DNA of 64,000 bases, taken from Gammaproteobacteria bacterium (GTDB lineage: Bacteria; Pseudomonadota; Gammaproteobacteria; GCA-2400775). Under the pieces are notes generated by a model that saw nothing but the letters and a program-made list of their open reading frames with translations, was not told the DNA's origin and made no database searches. Location of the stretch: contig WGFU01000037.1 of assembly GCA_015492075.1 (NCBI GenBank), positions 1,425 through 65,424 on the forward strand, written 5' to 3'. Both the position numbers and the translations under genes were made by a program. Below, piece by piece: positions 38,615 through 49,819 of this stretch. Position 1 is the first letter of the stretch. Every line of letters starts with the position of its first letter.

Positions 38615-40357
38615 CTAGATATCGTAGTTAATACGATCGAGCAATTCTTCAACTTCATTACTGGTGCCGGCACGATGCACGCTATGCATCAGCGCGGACA
38701 ATTCTGATACCGAACTGTTGACCACAATGCGGCGCACATCGAGGCAGGCGCGCGGGTTCATGCTAAACACTCGCAAACCCATCCCCAAGAGCAAACGTAT
38801 ATAGCGCGCGTCACCCGCCATCTCACCACACATTGCTACTGGAATCCCGGCCTTGAGACCGGCCTTAATGGTCATACCAATCAACTTTAGTACGGCCGGA
38901 TGCGCAGGCTTGTAAAGATGGTTGACGTCCTCATCGAGCCGATCAACGGCCAGCGTATACTGAATGAGATCATTAGTACCAATCGACAAAAAGTCGAGAT
39001 GGCGTGCAAAAGCATCGGCATCGAGGGCTGCAGCCGGTACCTCGATCATGCCACCGATAGGAATATCGTCATCAAACGGGATATTGGCCTGGCGCAGTTC
39101 TCGCTTAACATCCTCAATCAATTGAACCGCCTGCAATAACTCTTCTACGTTAGTGAGCATCGGTAACATAAGGCGTAATTTACCGTACACTGACGCACGC
39201 AAAATCGCGCGCAATTGCGGATAAAACAAGGAAGGGTCTTTCAGGCACAAGCGTATCGCGCGCAAGCCAAGTGCCGGATTGGTTGCGATGGCGCCACCTC
39301 GACCGACACCATCCACCTGCTTGTCAGCACCGAGATCCAATGTCCGTATCGTCACCGGCGCCCTATTAGCGCGCTCAACAATATGCCGGTAGGCGCTGTA
39401 TTGCGCCTCTTCGCTTGGCGCTCCATTGCCCATCATAAACACCATCTCAGTGCGATAAAGGCCTATGCCATCACTGCCAGCAGCATGCATTAAGTCAATG
39501 TCTTCTTCTGTTTCGACGTTAGCCAGCAATTCAATATTGACGCCATCCAGCGTTACCGCCGAACGATCCCTTAAATCGGCCAGCCGCGCCCGCTGCCGCA
39601 AGGCGATTTGTTGACGGCTTTCAATATGCTGCAACAAGGCTTCATCACAATCCGCCAGCACCATGCCGCGCTCACTATCTAGCGCTATCATCTCATTGTG
39701 GTAGATATAACGGCGCAGATGATGCACACCAACAATGGCAGGAATACCCAAGCTGCGGGCCAAAATCGCTGCATGTGAATTGATGCCACCGTGCTCGCTG
39801 ACAAAGCCCGCTACGCCCTGTGATTTGAATAATATCGTTTCTGCCGGCGTCACGTCCTCGGCGATAATCACACGACCCGCCAGCGATGCTTCCGTTCCGA
39901 CAAGACCTTGCTCGCCGGAGTCACCGAGCAAACTTTGCACGCGGTTAACGACATGATCGACGTCATCTCGCCGGCTACGCAGATAAGGATCATCCATTTC
40001 CTCGAACACGGTGACCAAGGCGTCACGCTGATATTTCAGTGCCCACTCGGCATTGCACTGATGCTCTCGCATATAGTCTATAGGCACTTTCGAAAGCGCA
40101 CTGTCCTCCAGCATCAGTATGTGGGTGTCGATAAACGCGGCAATCTCCGTTGGCGCCGAAGCAGGGATATGCTGTCGTATGGTATCAAGCTGTTGCTTGG
40201 CTCGCGCCAACGCCAGCTCGTAACGGGTCACTTCATCATCGACATATTGCTGCGGAATATTGTATTCAAGCACTTCCGGCTGGATACTATGGAAGATATG
40301 TGCGCGACCGATAACGAGACCACGTGTAACACCGATTCCCGTTAGTGCAGTTGTCAT
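38615..40357 (-). CDS. ptsI: phosphoenolpyruvate-protein phosphotransferase (enzyme I; no GAF domain)
   Basis: 580 aa; phospho-His region GGINSHAAILARSLGIPAIVG; PEP-utilizing TIM-barrel domain. Confidence 0.85.
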   Translation of the reverse strand: MTTALTGIGVTRGLVIGRAHIFHSIQPEVLEYNIPQQYVDDEVTRYELALARAKQQLDTIRQHIPASAPTEIAAFIDTHILMLEDSALSKVPIDYMREHQCNAEWALKYQRDALVTVFEEMDDPYLRSRRDDVDHVVNRVQSLLGDSGEQGLVGTEASLAGRVIIAEDVTPAETILFKSQGVAGFVSEHGGINSHAAILARSLGIPAIVGVHHLRRYIYHNEMIALDSERGMVLADCDEALLQHIESRQQIALRQRARLADLRDRSAVTLDGVNIELLANVETEEDIDLMHAAGSDGIGLYRTEMVFMMGNGAPSEEAQYSAYRHIVERANRAPVTIRTLDLGADKQVDGVGRGGAIATNPALGLRAIRLCLKDPSLFYPQLRAILRASVYGKLRLMLPMLTNVEELLQAVQLIEDVKRELRQANIPFDDDIPIGGMIEVPAAALDADAFARHLDFLSIGTNDLIQYTLAVDRLDEDVNHLYKPAHPAVLKLIGMTIKAGLKAGIPVAMCGEMAGDARYIRLLLGMGLRVFSMNPRACLDVRRIVVNSSVSELSALMHSVHRAGTSNEVEELLDRINYDI

Positions 40358-40397
40358 ACCGCCTCCGTGCTGCAGCTATCAGCCCCGGTCCGCCTTA

Positions 40398-40676
40398 TCA
40401 TTGCAGGCCTTCATCAAATCCGGCATGGAACAAGCTCGCTAAGCTATCAAGCGCCTCATCTTCATCGACCCCATCAGCAACTAACTCTAGTTTAGTGCCC
40501 TTGCTCGCCGCCAGCATCATGACCCCCATAATGCTCTTTCCATTAACACAATGCGAACCATTGATAAGCTGCACAGAACTCTGAAAACTTGACGCCAATT
40601 TAACAAACTTGGCTGCCGCGCGTGCGTGCAAACCCAATTTATTAACGACCGTTACCTCCCTATTTTGCATGCCCAC
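40398..40676 (-). CDS. ptsO: HPr/NPr phosphocarrier protein
   Basis: 92 aa; active His in NKLGLHARAAAKFV; regulatory Ser region GKSIMGVM. Confidence 0.75.
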   Translation of the reverse strand: MGMQNREVTVVNKLGLHARAAAKFVKLASSFQSSVQLINGSHCVNGKSIMGVMMLAASKGTKLELVADGVDEDEALDSLASLFHAGFDEGLQ

Positions 40677-41076
40677 CTTCCTTTATCTGCGGCGGATAAA
40701 TAAACACTCCATCACGACCGCCATAAGCCGCCTTGGCAGATAATTCGTCAAGGTCATCGCCCGAATAATTGAATACGCGAATCAACATCGGCAAGTTCAC
40801 CCCCAAAACCACGGCGACCTTTCCCGGCTGATAAAACAGGGTGGCGATGTTACTTGGTGTGCTGCCGTACAAATCGCTCAAAATCAACACGCCAGAACCG
40901 CTATTCAGATCATCCAGCTTTTTCGCGATACTCTGCAACAGCTGCTCCGGCATCGCCGTATGGGCTACAGCCAACTCACTAACATCACCCTGGTAATTAC
41001 CACAAATCGATCTGGCAGCTGACAATAAACCAGAGCCGACATGCTCGTGACTAATCAACAGTAAGCCAACACTCAT
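40660..41076 (-). CDS. PTS EIIA component, mannose/fructose type
   Basis: 138 aa; N-terminal LLISHEHVGSGLL (EIIA-Man phospho-His loop). Confidence 0.7.
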   Translation of the reverse strand: MSVGLLLISHEHVGSGLLSAARSICGNYQGDVSELAVAHTAMPEQLLQSIAKKLDDLNSGSGVLILSDLYGSTPSNIATLFYQPGKVAVVLGVNLPMLIRVFNYSGDDLDELSAKAAYGGRDGVFIYPPQIKEGGHAK

Positions 41077-41933
41077 ATCAATTCTCTATGCCTAACCAGC
41101 AACGATGAGCATTCATCGCGCAAGCCATCAGCAATACTCTCGACCAAAAAGACTGAGCGATGCTGGCCGCCGGTACAACCGATAGCAATTGTCAGGTAAC
41201 TTCGATTTTCCATAGCATAGCGTGGCAACCACGTCTGCAGATAGTGTTTGATATCTGCCAGCATACTCATGACATCTTCTTGCCGCGATAGAAACAATTT
41301 TACATCATCGTCGATACCGGTTAACTTACGTAATTGCGGGTCCCAATGCGGATTGGGCAAACAACGCACATCAAAAACAAAGTTTGCATCAACGGGCACG
41401 CCGTTTTTAAAACCAAATGACGTCAGCAAAACAGAAAGGCCATCACCCTCTTTTTTGCCGACACGCTGTGCCAGCATGTCGCGCAATTGATGAACATTCG
41501 TATAAGTCGTATCAATACGAAGATCGGCGAACTCTGATATTACAGAAAGCAATGATGACTCTTTATCAATCGCTTCAGCAAGCGAGACCTTGTCGCTGGT
41601 CAGCGGGTGCTTACGTCGCGTTTCACTAAATCGACGGATCAGTGTTTCTTTTTTTGCATCAAGAAACAGCACCTCCACTGGCACCTTAAGCTGGTGAATT
41701 TTTCCCAGCACATCAGAAAAGTCGTGGATATCCTGCACCATATTGCGCGCATCGATCGCCACTGCACTCAGTCGGTTAACGGCATTGTCTGCCGAGCGCA
41801 ACATCTGTTTGGCAAAATCCGGCAGCAGTCCGGCCGGTAGATTATCGATGCAGTAATAACCCAGGTCTTCCAAAGTGCCTAAGGCAACACTCTTGCCAGA
41901 ACCCGACAAACCGCTGACTATGATGAGCTTCAT
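41073..41933 (-). CDS. rapZ: RNase adapter protein RapZ (YhbJ)
   Basis: 286 aa; P-loop GLSGSGKS; conserved C-terminal domain; standard position after hprK/ptsN. Confidence 0.85.
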   Translation of the reverse strand: MKLIIVSGLSGSGKSVALGTLEDLGYYCIDNLPAGLLPDFAKQMLRSADNAVNRLSAVAIDARNMVQDIHDFSDVLGKIHQLKVPVEVLFLDAKKETLIRRFSETRRKHPLTSDKVSLAEAIDKESSLLSVISEFADLRIDTTYTNVHQLRDMLAQRVGKKEGDGLSVLLTSFGFKNGVPVDANFVFDVRCLPNPHWDPQLRKLTGIDDDVKLFLSRQEDVMSMLADIKHYLQTWLPRYAMENRSYLTIAIGCTGGQHRSVFLVESIADGLRDECSSLLVRHRELI

Positions 41934-42889
41934 TCTTGTTGGTCTTCGTTTAAGCGCGCATCGTGCTTGCCGAGAAAATCATCCACGGCGTTATAACCAC
42001 GGTATAGCAGCACGTGATTTCGAACTGCAGTTTCTACCAACACCGCAAGGTTACGGCCCGCTGCCACAGGTAAAATAATCTGTGCCACTTCGATTCCGAG
42101 AATATCAATACTCTGGCGGCTACCGCGCAAACGGTCAACCTGAGCCAACTGCTCTTCATCAAGGTGATCTATATGAATCACCAAACGCAGTTGCTTGGTT
42201 TGTTTTACTGCGCTATCACCGAACATCGCTCTGATATTGAGCACACCCAGTCCGCGCACTTCGATAAAATCACGCAACGGTGGTGGACAGCTGCCCTTAA
42301 TCATTGCAGTTCCTGAAAGCATAAAAAGTGGTGCATCGTCAGCCACCAATCGATGACCTCTGCTCACCAGTTCCAACGCCAGCTCGCTTTTCCCTATACC
42401 GCTGGGGCCAGTTAGTAAGACGCCGGTTCCTAATACTTCCATAAACACGCCGTGCATCACCACGTGTTCAGCAACTAACTGTGTTAAGTAATAATGTAGG
42501 TGATTAACAATTTTATAACTACCGGCATTGGATTTTAATAAAGGTGTTTGCGTGATACGTGCCTGCGCCTCAAACACATCGGGTGCAGCAATACCCTCAG
42601 CCAGGATGATAGTCGCTGGCTTACTGGAAAATAACCGCGCCACCGTATCAGCATAGGAATTCTTGCCCAGCCCTTGTAAAAACTCGAGTTCGCTGGCACC
42701 AATAACCTGAACACGGTTTGGCTTGATAACATTAAGAAAGCCAACAAGTGGTAGAGGCTCATCCGCAGCATCAGCAACAAGCGATGTTGCAATGGTGCGA
42801 TCGGCACCCTCTTCGCCAGCCACCCATGACAACATGAGCGTTTTTTTATGCTGTGCAAAGAGGGTACCGACTGTGATCGGGTTGGTCAT
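41930..42889 (-). CDS. hprK: HPr kinase/phosphorylase
   Basis: 319 aa; P-loop GPSGIGKSE; HprK C-terminal domain; 4-nt overlap with rapZ. Confidence 0.85.
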   Translation of the reverse strand: MTNPITVGTLFAQHKKTLMLSWVAGEEGADRTIATSLVADAADEPLPLVGFLNVIKPNRVQVIGASELEFLQGLGKNSYADTVARLFSSKPATIILAEGIAAPDVFEAQARITQTPLLKSNAGSYKIVNHLHYYLTQLVAEHVVMHGVFMEVLGTGVLLTGPSGIGKSELALELVSRGHRLVADDAPLFMLSGTAMIKGSCPPPLRDFIEVRGLGVLNIRAMFGDSAVKQTKQLRLVIHIDHLDEEQLAQVDRLRGSRQSIDILGIEVAQIILPVAAGRNLAVLVETAVRNHVLLYRGYNAVDDFLGKHDARLNEDQQE

Positions 42890-42891
42890 GC

Positions 42892-43386
42892 CTATTCTAT
42901 AGATTTAGATTCAGGGGCTTCGGAATCGTTACGCGATGACTGGGATAATAATTCGTAAAGCTCTTCACTGCTCGCAGCCAGCCGCAGCTTTTCACGCATT
43001 GCAGGATTGCTAAACAGCTTTGCCAACTGTGCCAAAAGATCAAGGTGCTCGTCATTGGAGTCTTTCGGAACGAGCAAAGCAAACATATAGGCGACAGGCT
43101 CATTATCAATGGCATCAAAATCAACGCCTTTTTCAAAACGCATAAAAGCAGACACGGCATGATCGAGCTTACTTAAGCGGCCATGGGGTATTGCCACCCC
43201 ATGACCTATGCCAGTACTACCCAGTCGCTCACGCGCGACCAGGCTGTCGAACACCTCGGTCGCCAGCAAGGCATCTTCATCATTGGCAACCAGACTGCTC
43301 AGGTGCTCTAGCGCACACTTCTTACTGGTCGCGCGCGCGTTCGATACGATACGTTGCGGCGAAATGGTATCAGCAATATGAATCAC
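42892..43386 (-). CDS. ptsN: PTS IIA-like nitrogen regulatory protein PtsN (EIIA-Ntr)
   Basis: 164 aa; active-site His region GIGHGVAIPHGR. Confidence 0.8.
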   Translation of the reverse strand: MIHIADTISPQRIVSNARATSKKCALEHLSSLVANDEDALLATEVFDSLVARERLGSTGIGHGVAIPHGRLSKLDHAVSAFMRFEKGVDFDAIDNEPVAYMFALLVPKDSNDEHLDLLAQLAKLFSNPAMREKLRLAASSEELYELLSQSSRNDSEAPESKSIE

Positions 43387-43415
43387 TGTTTTGGCTCCAA
43401 ACCTGCTTCTCTGTT

Positions 43416-43712
43416 TTAGTGGGGGTGATGATTTGACTGCTTTTCTTTAAATTTTATCACCTGACGGTCAAGCTTATCGATCAAGCTGTCAATCGCCGCA
43501 TACATATCATTTTCAACTGAGTCGGCGTGCAGATTGCCACCATTAACATGTACAGTTGCTTCGGCTTTTTGACCTGGTTTTTCAACTGTCAGGGTGACAT
43601 GCACATTGCCGACCTGATCAAAATGCCGCTCAAGTCGCTCAAACTTACTGTTAACATAATCTTTCAATGCCTGGGTAATATCGACATGATGTCCGCTTAG
43701 GGTTAATTGCAT
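43416..43712 (-). CDS. hpf: ribosome hibernation promoting factor
   Basis: 98 aa; short HPF/YfiA fold (MQLTLSGHHVDIT...), immediately downstream of rpoN. Confidence 0.85.
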   Translation of the reverse strand: MQLTLSGHHVDITQALKDYVNSKFERLERHFDQVGNVHVTLTVEKPGQKAEATVHVNGGNLHADSVENDMYAAIDSLIDKLDRQVIKFKEKQSNHHPH

Positions 43713-43749
43713 AATATCTCCTTCACTGACTTTTAGGGGTTATAACACC

Positions 43750-45225
43750 CTAGGCCAAGCGCTTGCGCTCGTTCGAGGGTGGAATCATCATCGCCTCACG
43801 GTACTTGGCGATAGTGCGACGCGCGACGTTAATGCCTTGATCTTCCAATAGGCTGGCGATCTTGCTGTCGCTCAATGGTTTAGTGACGTTTTCAGCTGCG
43901 ACAAGTTTTTTGATCAAGGCACGTATCGCCGTCGCGGAACATTCACCGCCACTGGCGGTGCTGACATGGCTGGAAAAAAAATACTTGAGTTCAAATACAC
44001 CGCGCGGCGTACGCATGTATTTTCGCGTCGTGACACGGGAAATAGTGGATTCATGCATTTCCACTGCTTCAGCAATATCATGCAATACTAGCGGCTTCAT
44101 GGCTTCTTCACCATACTCCAGAAAGCCGCGTTGATGCTCGACAATACAGCTGGCCACTTTTAACAAGGTTTCATGGCGACTTTGCAGGCTTTTTATAAAC
44201 CAACGCGCCTCCTTCATCTGGTTTTTGAGATAGGTGGTATCGTCGCCACGGGCACCATTTTGCGCCATACGCGCGTAATGCTGGTTAATAGAAACCTTAG
44301 GTAAAGAATCGGTATTCAGTTCCACCTTCCATTTACCCTTGTCCTTTTTGACCATGACATCGGGCACAATATACTCAGAGTGACTGGCACTGATAGTGGC
44401 TCCCGGCCTGGGATTAAGCTGTTGAATCAAGGACACGACCTGTTGCAGCTCATCACGCGACAGCTTCAAGCGTCGTGTCAGCTGCGTAAAATCACGGCTG
44501 CCAAGCAATTGAATATGCTCTTCCAAAAGCAACTTGGCCTCGGCATACCATTCGATACTCTTATCGTACTGATTAAGCTGTATCAGCAAAGTTTCACGCA
44601 AATCACGGCCAGCGACCCCGAGCGGGTCGAAATGCTGGACGCGACGCAGTACGGCCTCAACCTCATCAAGCTCCACTTCTTCAAAGTCGTCAATCACACT
44701 ATTGCGCAGCTCTTCCAACGACGTCTGCAAATAACCGTCCTCGCCAAGGCTGTCTATAATCGCCCCAGCAATCGCCGCATCAGCCGGGCTGAACGGGGTC
44801 AACATCATTTGCCACTTAAGGTGTTCTTGCAATGAAGGTGTGGCGCTATCGGATTGCTCAAAATCACGCTCAGGCGCGGCGGGAGTTGCCATTGCCGTGG
44901 GCGCATAATCATAGACGTCATCCCAGGCACTATCGACAGGGAGTTCTTCCGGAATATTTTGGCTGTCTTGCAGATTAATGTCGTCATCAGGCTGGTCATT
45001 GACGGCGGCATCGCCACCCTCTCTGTCTTGAGTGGCTCTGTCGCTGTCAGCGCGCTCGTTTTGCGCCGCTTCTTCCGCCATTTCCAGCAGCGGGTTGCTA
45101 TCGAGAGCCTCTTGAACCTCGGCCTGTAATTCTAGCGCTGAAAGCTGCAACAGACGTATCGCCTGTTGCAGTTGAGGCGTCATCGTAAGATGTTGCCCTA
45201 GGCGAAGCTGAAGACTCTGTTTCAT
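43750..45225 (-). CDS. rpoN: RNA polymerase sigma-54 factor
   Basis: 491 aa; Gln-rich region I; acidic region II; C-terminal RpoN box [10 protein letters not shown]. Confidence 0.9.
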   Translation of the reverse strand: MKQSLQLRLGQHLTMTPQLQQAIRLLQLSALELQAEVQEALDSNPLLEMAEEAAQNERADSDRATQDREGGDAAVNDQPDDDINLQDSQNIPEELPVDSAWDDVYDYAPTAMATPAAPERDFEQSDSATPSLQEHLKWQMMLTPFSPADAAIAGAIIDSLGEDGYLQTSLEELRNSVIDDFEEVELDEVEAVLRRVQHFDPLGVAGRDLRETLLIQLNQYDKSIEWYAEAKLLLEEHIQLLGSRDFTQLTRRLKLSRDELQQVVSLIQQLNPRPGATISASHSEYIVPDVMVKKDKGKWKVELNTDSLPKVSINQHYARMAQNGARGDDTTYLKNQMKEARWFIKSLQSRHETLLKVASCIVEHQRGFLEYGEEAMKPLVLHDIAEAVEMHESTISRVTTRKYMRTPRGVFELKYFFSSHVSTASGGECSATAIRALIKKLVAAENVTKPLSDSKIASLLEDQGINVARRTIAKYREAMMIPPSNERKRLA

Positions 45226-45310
45226 GAACTCGTACTACACACTTGGCTATCTACGCCTTTTCACAGTATTGATTTCATTCTAGCGCAAATGATGTGCCAG
45301 CACAGCGTTT

Positions 45311-46036
45311 TCATATTCTGAATTCTTCTCCCAAGTAGACCTTTCTCACTTGCTCATTGGCTAACACGTCTTGCGGCTCCCCCTCAGCGATCACCGCCCC
45401 ATTATTAACAATGTAGGCACGCTGGCAGATTGACAAGGTCTCACGGACATTATGATCGGTAATCAAAACGCCGATATTGCGCTCACTTAAATGTCTTATT
45501 ATTCTTTGTATATCGACCACGGAAATCGGATCAACACCCGCAAACGGCTCATCCAGCAAAATAAACCCCGGGTCACTGGCCAGGGCGCGGGCGATTTCCA
45601 GCCGTCGCCGCTCGCCGCCAGAAAGCGACATCCCCAGCGATGGCGCTAAATGAGCGAGGCTGAACTCATCCAATAATTGCTGCAACCGTAGCTGGCGCTC
45701 GCCGGGCGACAGTTTCTTTTGTGTTTCGAGCACCGCATTGATGTTGTCGGCAACGCTGAGTTTGCGGAAAACAGAGGCCTCTTGCGCGAGATAGCCGAGA
45801 CCCAGGCGCGCACGCGCATGCATCGGCAAGCGGGTGATATCCATCTCATCGATCATAACCCTGCCTGCATCGACAGCAACAAGGCCAACGATCATATAAA
45901 AGCAGGTTGTCTTGCCGGCGCCGTTAGGACCGAGCAAACCGACGACTTCACCGCGACTCAACTCCAGCGATACCTGCTTAACCACCTGGCGCGCGCGATA
46001 ACGTTTGGCCAAACCCAGCGCCCTAAGCGTATTCAT
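45311..46036 (-). CDS. lptB: LPS export ABC transporter ATP-binding protein LptB
   Basis: Walker [10 protein letters not shown]; signature LSGGERRR; start set at [13 protein letters not shown] (Met16 of the 256-aa ORF). Confidence 0.9.
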   Translation of the reverse strand: MNTLRALGLAKRYRARQVVKQVSLELSRGEVVGLLGPNGAGKTTCFYMIVGLVAVDAGRVMIDEMDITRLPMHARARLGLGYLAQEASVFRKLSVADNINAVLETQKKLSPGERQLRLQQLLDEFSLAHLAPSLGMSLSGGERRRLEIARALASDPGFILLDEPFAGVDPISVVDIQRIIRHLSERNIGVLITDHNVRETLSICQRAYIVNNGAVIAEGEPQDVLANEQVRKVYLGEEFRI

Positions 46037-46058
46037 AGGAAAATTACGTCCTGACCAC

Positions 46059-46580
46059 TTATTGCCCGCCGCCCTCACCATTGTTCAGCGTTGCAGGTTG
46101 AATAATAATCTTGATGCGCTCGCTGCCATCGTCGGCACGTTTCGCTTTTACCTTTTCGTTAACCGTGTCGTAGCGCAGATAATTTCCGGTAAAAACGTCG
46201 CCGTCACGCGTTAACTTGGCCTGATTACGCATGGTCAATATGCCATCAACAACGTTGTAATGGATATGTTTTGCATTACCCAGCACGGGGCTTTGGTTCA
46301 ATTCAAGTTGTTGCTGAAACCTGGCCGGCGCGCCAATGGAGGTGAGCGAACTGAATTTGCGGTCCTTGGTTTTGATGGTGACTTCATCGCCGCGGATTTC
46401 CATTGTGCCCTGTTTGATCAGGACGTTACCACGATAGATACCGATACCTTTGGCCTCGTCAAGGTCTGCGCTGTCCGCCTCGACATAGACTTCTTGCTCG
46501 CGATCGCTCTGTAAGGCATAGGCCGGAACCAACAGTGCGGGTGACAATAAAGCAACAATACTAAGAACCAGGTACCGCAT
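46059..46580 (-). CDS. lptA: LPS transport periplasmic protein LptA
   Basis: 173 aa; signal peptide; OstA-N beta-jellyroll; position between lptC and lptB. Confidence 0.8.
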   Translation of the reverse strand: MRYLVLSIVALLSPALLVPAYALQSDREQEVYVEADSADLDEAKGIGIYRGNVLIKQGTMEIRGDEVTIKTKDRKFSSLTSIGAPARFQQQLELNQSPVLGNAKHIHYNVVDGILTMRNQAKLTRDGDVFTGNYLRYDTVNEKVKAKRADDGSERIKIIIQPATLNNGEGGGQ

Positions 46581-47154
46581 AGCGTCCTCTTACACGATGT
46601 GTTAACAATAAACCATTTTCTGCAAAATGCGCGCGCATCCCGACAGACTCGGTAACCCCTCTGTCAGCCACAATCAATGCTTCTTTATCTGTCACAGCAA
46701 TATCCGTGAGTAAATCGATATCGACATCACGGGTATCAATTTTAATCGCCTCATTCACTTCGTCGCGCTCACGCCAAGCTACCACCTTGCCTTGCAAACG
46801 CAGGGTATCGCCATCAGCGGAGAGCCAGCCTCGCGCCGCGTCAATATTCCAGGGGGGGGTGTCCGCGTTATAAACAACCACATGAGGCTGATCCACCGTC
46901 GCGGTTTGGTCATCGGCATAATGCAGCAGTGTCGGCGCGCTCATGCGTCGGCGCGGTCTGCCGTCAGCGTCCATCACCACCGCTTCAAAAGCTTCAATGG
47001 TAAAATCAGGGATATGCGGTACAGCAGCTGTCTCGATTACTGCCGGTGCCGGATCACGCGCCTGGCCGCGCAGCCAAAGACTGGCAGCTGCCATCACCAG
47101 TACGCCGACAAAAATCAGCACATTACCGCGATTAATCAGACGATTCATGGTCAC
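46561..47154 (-). CDS. lptC: LPS export system protein LptC
   Basis: 197 aa; single N-terminal TM anchor plus periplasmic domain; synteny kdsC-lptC-lptA-lptB. Confidence 0.7.
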   Translation of the reverse strand: MTMNRLINRGNVLIFVGVLVMAAASLWLRGQARDPAPAVIETAAVPHIPDFTIEAFEAVVMDADGRPRRRMSAPTLLHYADDQTATVDQPHVVVYNADTPPWNIDAARGWLSADGDTLRLQGKVVAWRERDEVNEAIKIDTRDVDIDLLTDIAVTDKEALIVADRGVTESVGMRAHFAENGLLLTHRVRGRYAVPGS

Positions 47155-47157
47155 AGC

Positions 47158-47727
47158 TTAACGCTGATCGACATTTGGCGCTATATATGAGTGTAACATC
47201 GCATCAAGCCTGCCCTGCGCATGCAGCAACATTTCACAGGCATCGCGCGCAGCGCCGGCGCCGCCATTTTTTTCTGTTACCCAATGACAATGTTCCAGCA
47301 CAAAAGGATGTGCATCCGCCGTTGCAATCGCCAGACCGACTTGCGTCATAACCGGCAAGTCGACCACGTCATCACCCATAAAAGCCACTTCTTCAGGCAC
47401 CAGGCTCAGCTGTTCGAGCAAGGCTTTATAGGCATGTCGCTTATCACGCTGGCCTTGATGAACAAGAGAGATACCAAGATTTTGCATGCGATATTTAACC
47501 GTTTCAGATTGGCGGCCAGTAATAATAGCCATCTCCACGCCACTGTCATGTAACATCTTGATGCCATGACCATCACGCGAATGAAAAGCCTTGGACTCGA
47601 CGCCCTTGTCGTCAAAATACAGGCGGCCATCGGTTAACACGCCGTCAACGTCAAAGATCAGTAAGCGAATTTTTTCAGCGCGCCGCGCGATATCTTCAGC
47701 AAGTTTCAAAGTAACCATCTCCATCAA
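47158..47727 (-). CDS. kdsC: 3-deoxy-D-manno-octulosonate 8-phosphate phosphatase KdsC
   Basis: 189 aa; HAD motif LLIFDVDGVLTDG. Confidence 0.85.
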   Translation of the reverse strand: MMEMVTLKLAEDIARRAEKIRLLIFDVDGVLTDGRLYFDDKGVESKAFHSRDGHGIKMLHDSGVEMAIITGRQSETVKYRMQNLGISLVHQGQRDKRHAYKALLEQLSLVPEEVAFMGDDVVDLPVMTQVGLAIATADAHPFVLEHCHWVTEKNGGAGAARDACEMLLHAQGRLDAMLHSYIAPNVDQR

Positions 47728-47866
47728 GAAGTGCCTGAATCATTCAGGCTATCAAAAAACATTCTTAGCAAATTTGCCGTTAGACCGGGTAACGGGAAAA
47801 ACGGGAGTATGGATAAATATCGCGTATTCCAAAACAGTTTGGCACCGTCAATACGTATATGCGTTG

Positions 47867-48838
47867 CTAAACGACGCCCGCCTTTAACAAGTCATGCATA
47901 TTAAAAGCACCCACCACGGTGTTATCGTCATCCACTACCGGGAAGGAATTGATCTTATACTCTTCCATGATCTGCAAGGCCTCGGCTGCCAGTATATTCG
48001 CGCTAACGGTTTTGCAATCTGCGGTCATCACGTCGCTGATGCGACCAGCGCGAATATCAAAGCCTCTATCCAGTAAGCGCCGCAAGTCACCATCGGTGAT
48101 TAAACCTACCATTTTATTATTATCGTCAACAATAATTGTCATGCCCAAGCCTTTTTTTGTCATTTCCAGCAAGGCGCTATGGAAGCTGGCATTCTCCTTA
48201 ACTCTGGGTATGGCATCACCACTTCGCATCAGATCTGACACATACAATAAAAGACGGCGGCCCAAGCGCCCGCCCGGATGCGAACGGGCGAAATCATCGG
48301 CAGTGAAGCCGCGCGCCTCTAACAAGGCGACCGCTAAGGCATCACCCATGACCAAGGTCGCCGTCGTACTCGAAGTCGGTGCCAGCCCCAATGGGCATGC
48401 CTCTTCTTCAATGCCGATATTAAGGTGCACATCTGCCAACTCGGCAATCGTTGAACAATGATTCCCTGTCATCGCCACCAGGGGGACATGCAAACGCTTG
48501 ATAACGGGCAGAATAGTAATAATTTCGTCAGTTTCACCGGAATTGGAAATCGCCAGCACGACGTCATCAGCGGTAATCATACCAAGGTCACCATGACTGG
48601 CCTCTCCGGGGTGAACAAAAAAGGCGGGGGAGCCGGTACTGGCTAAGGTCGCCGCGATCTTGTTGCCGATATGACCGGACTTACCCATACCAAGAACAAT
48701 AATGCGGCCCTTGCATTCGAGCATCAAGACGCAGGCCTGAACAAAAACATCATCAATACGCTGTTTTAATAGTGCGATCGAACGCATCTCGATATCGATT
48801 ACCGCGCGCGCCAACTGCTTCAATTTCGTTTTATCCAT
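47867..48838 (-). CDS. kdsD: arabinose-5-phosphate isomerase KdsD
   Basis: 323 aa; SIS domain (GMGKSGHIG) plus tandem CBS domains. Confidence 0.85.
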   Translation of the reverse strand: MDKTKLKQLARAVIDIEMRSIALLKQRIDDVFVQACVLMLECKGRIIVLGMGKSGHIGNKIAATLASTGSPAFFVHPGEASHGDLGMITADDVVLAISNSGETDEIITILPVIKRLHVPLVAMTGNHCSTIAELADVHLNIGIEEEACPLGLAPTSSTTATLVMGDALAVALLEARGFTADDFARSHPGGRLGRRLLLYVSDLMRSGDAIPRVKENASFHSALLEMTKKGLGMTIIVDDNNKMVGLITDGDLRRLLDRGFDIRAGRISDVMTADCKTVSANILAAEALQIMEEYKINSFPVVDDDNTVVGAFNMHDLLKAGVV

Positions 48839-48847
48839 TCGCTATAC

Positions 48848-49819
48848 TCAAACAGCCAAAGATTGATAATAGATGAACACCATATAGGCTATAAAGACTG
48901 TCAACAATATCGCGCCTTCCCAACGCATAATATAACCCGCTTTACGAACGCCCCTGGCCATTAAAAACAGGGCTACGGTCAAGGCGAGAGTTATCGGCGC
49001 ATCGCGATAAAGTGCTTCTTGTGCAAAGGGCCCCGGCGCAAATAAAGCGGGCATAGCCAGCACCAGCAGAAAATTGAAAATATTTGAACCGACTACGTTA
49101 CCAATAGCAATATCATGCTCACCCTTGAGTGCGCTGGTCACCGATGCCGCCAGCTCAGGCAAGCTGGTGCCAATGGCAACGATAGACAGGCCTATGACAA
49201 GATCACTAACCCCCATAGCATGAGCAATATCAACTGCACCCCAGACCAGGAGCTTGGCACTGGCGACCAGCAGCACCAATCCCACCAACAACCAAATCAA
49301 TGCTTTGGCCATCGACCCCTGCTCTTTGAGCTCATCATCAAACTCAAGCTTAATCGGGTCACTGGCACCTGCGCTGCGCGATAAACGTATTAAGATAGCC
49401 ATGACCACCACCATTGCGATCAACAACAGCACTCCTTCTAACTGGCCAAGAGTGCCATCAAACATCAATGCGATCACCGCAACATTAATAATGAGCAGGA
49501 TCGGCAGCTCGCGCCTCAGTGTTACTGAATGCACGGCCAGCGGCGTCACCAACGCCGTAATACCTAGCACCAATGCAATATTGGCAATATTGGAACCATA
49601 GACGTTACCGATAGCAAGTCCAGGGTTACCCCGCAAAGAGGCGGACAAAGACACCAAGGCCTCAGGTGCCGACGTGCCAATACTAACGATTGTTAGACCG
49701 ATCAGTATGGGTGGCACTTTACAATGTGTCGCCGTCTGTGCAGCACCAAAGATAAAGCGATCAGCACTCCATACTAAAACAACGAGGCCAGCTATCACTG
49801 CAGCAACGGAAACCATCAT
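48848..49819 (-). CDS. yrbG: CaCA-family cation/Ca2+ exchanger (YrbG-like)
   Basis: 323 aa; two alpha-repeat halves with GTSAPE / GTSLPE motifs. Confidence 0.8.
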   Translation of the reverse strand: MMVSVAAVIAGLVVLVWSADRFIFGAAQTATHCKVPPILIGLTIVSIGTSAPEALVSLSASLRGNPGLAIGNVYGSNIANIALVLGITALVTPLAVHSVTLRRELPILLIINVAVIALMFDGTLGQLEGVLLLIAMVVVMAILIRLSRSAGASDPIKLEFDDELKEQGSMAKALIWLLVGLVLLVASAKLLVWGAVDIAHAMGVSDLVIGLSIVAIGTSLPELAASVTSALKGEHDIAIGNVVGSNIFNFLLVLAMPALFAPGPFAQEALYRDAPITLALTVALFLMARGVRKAGYIMRWEGAILLTVFIAYMVFIYYQSLAV

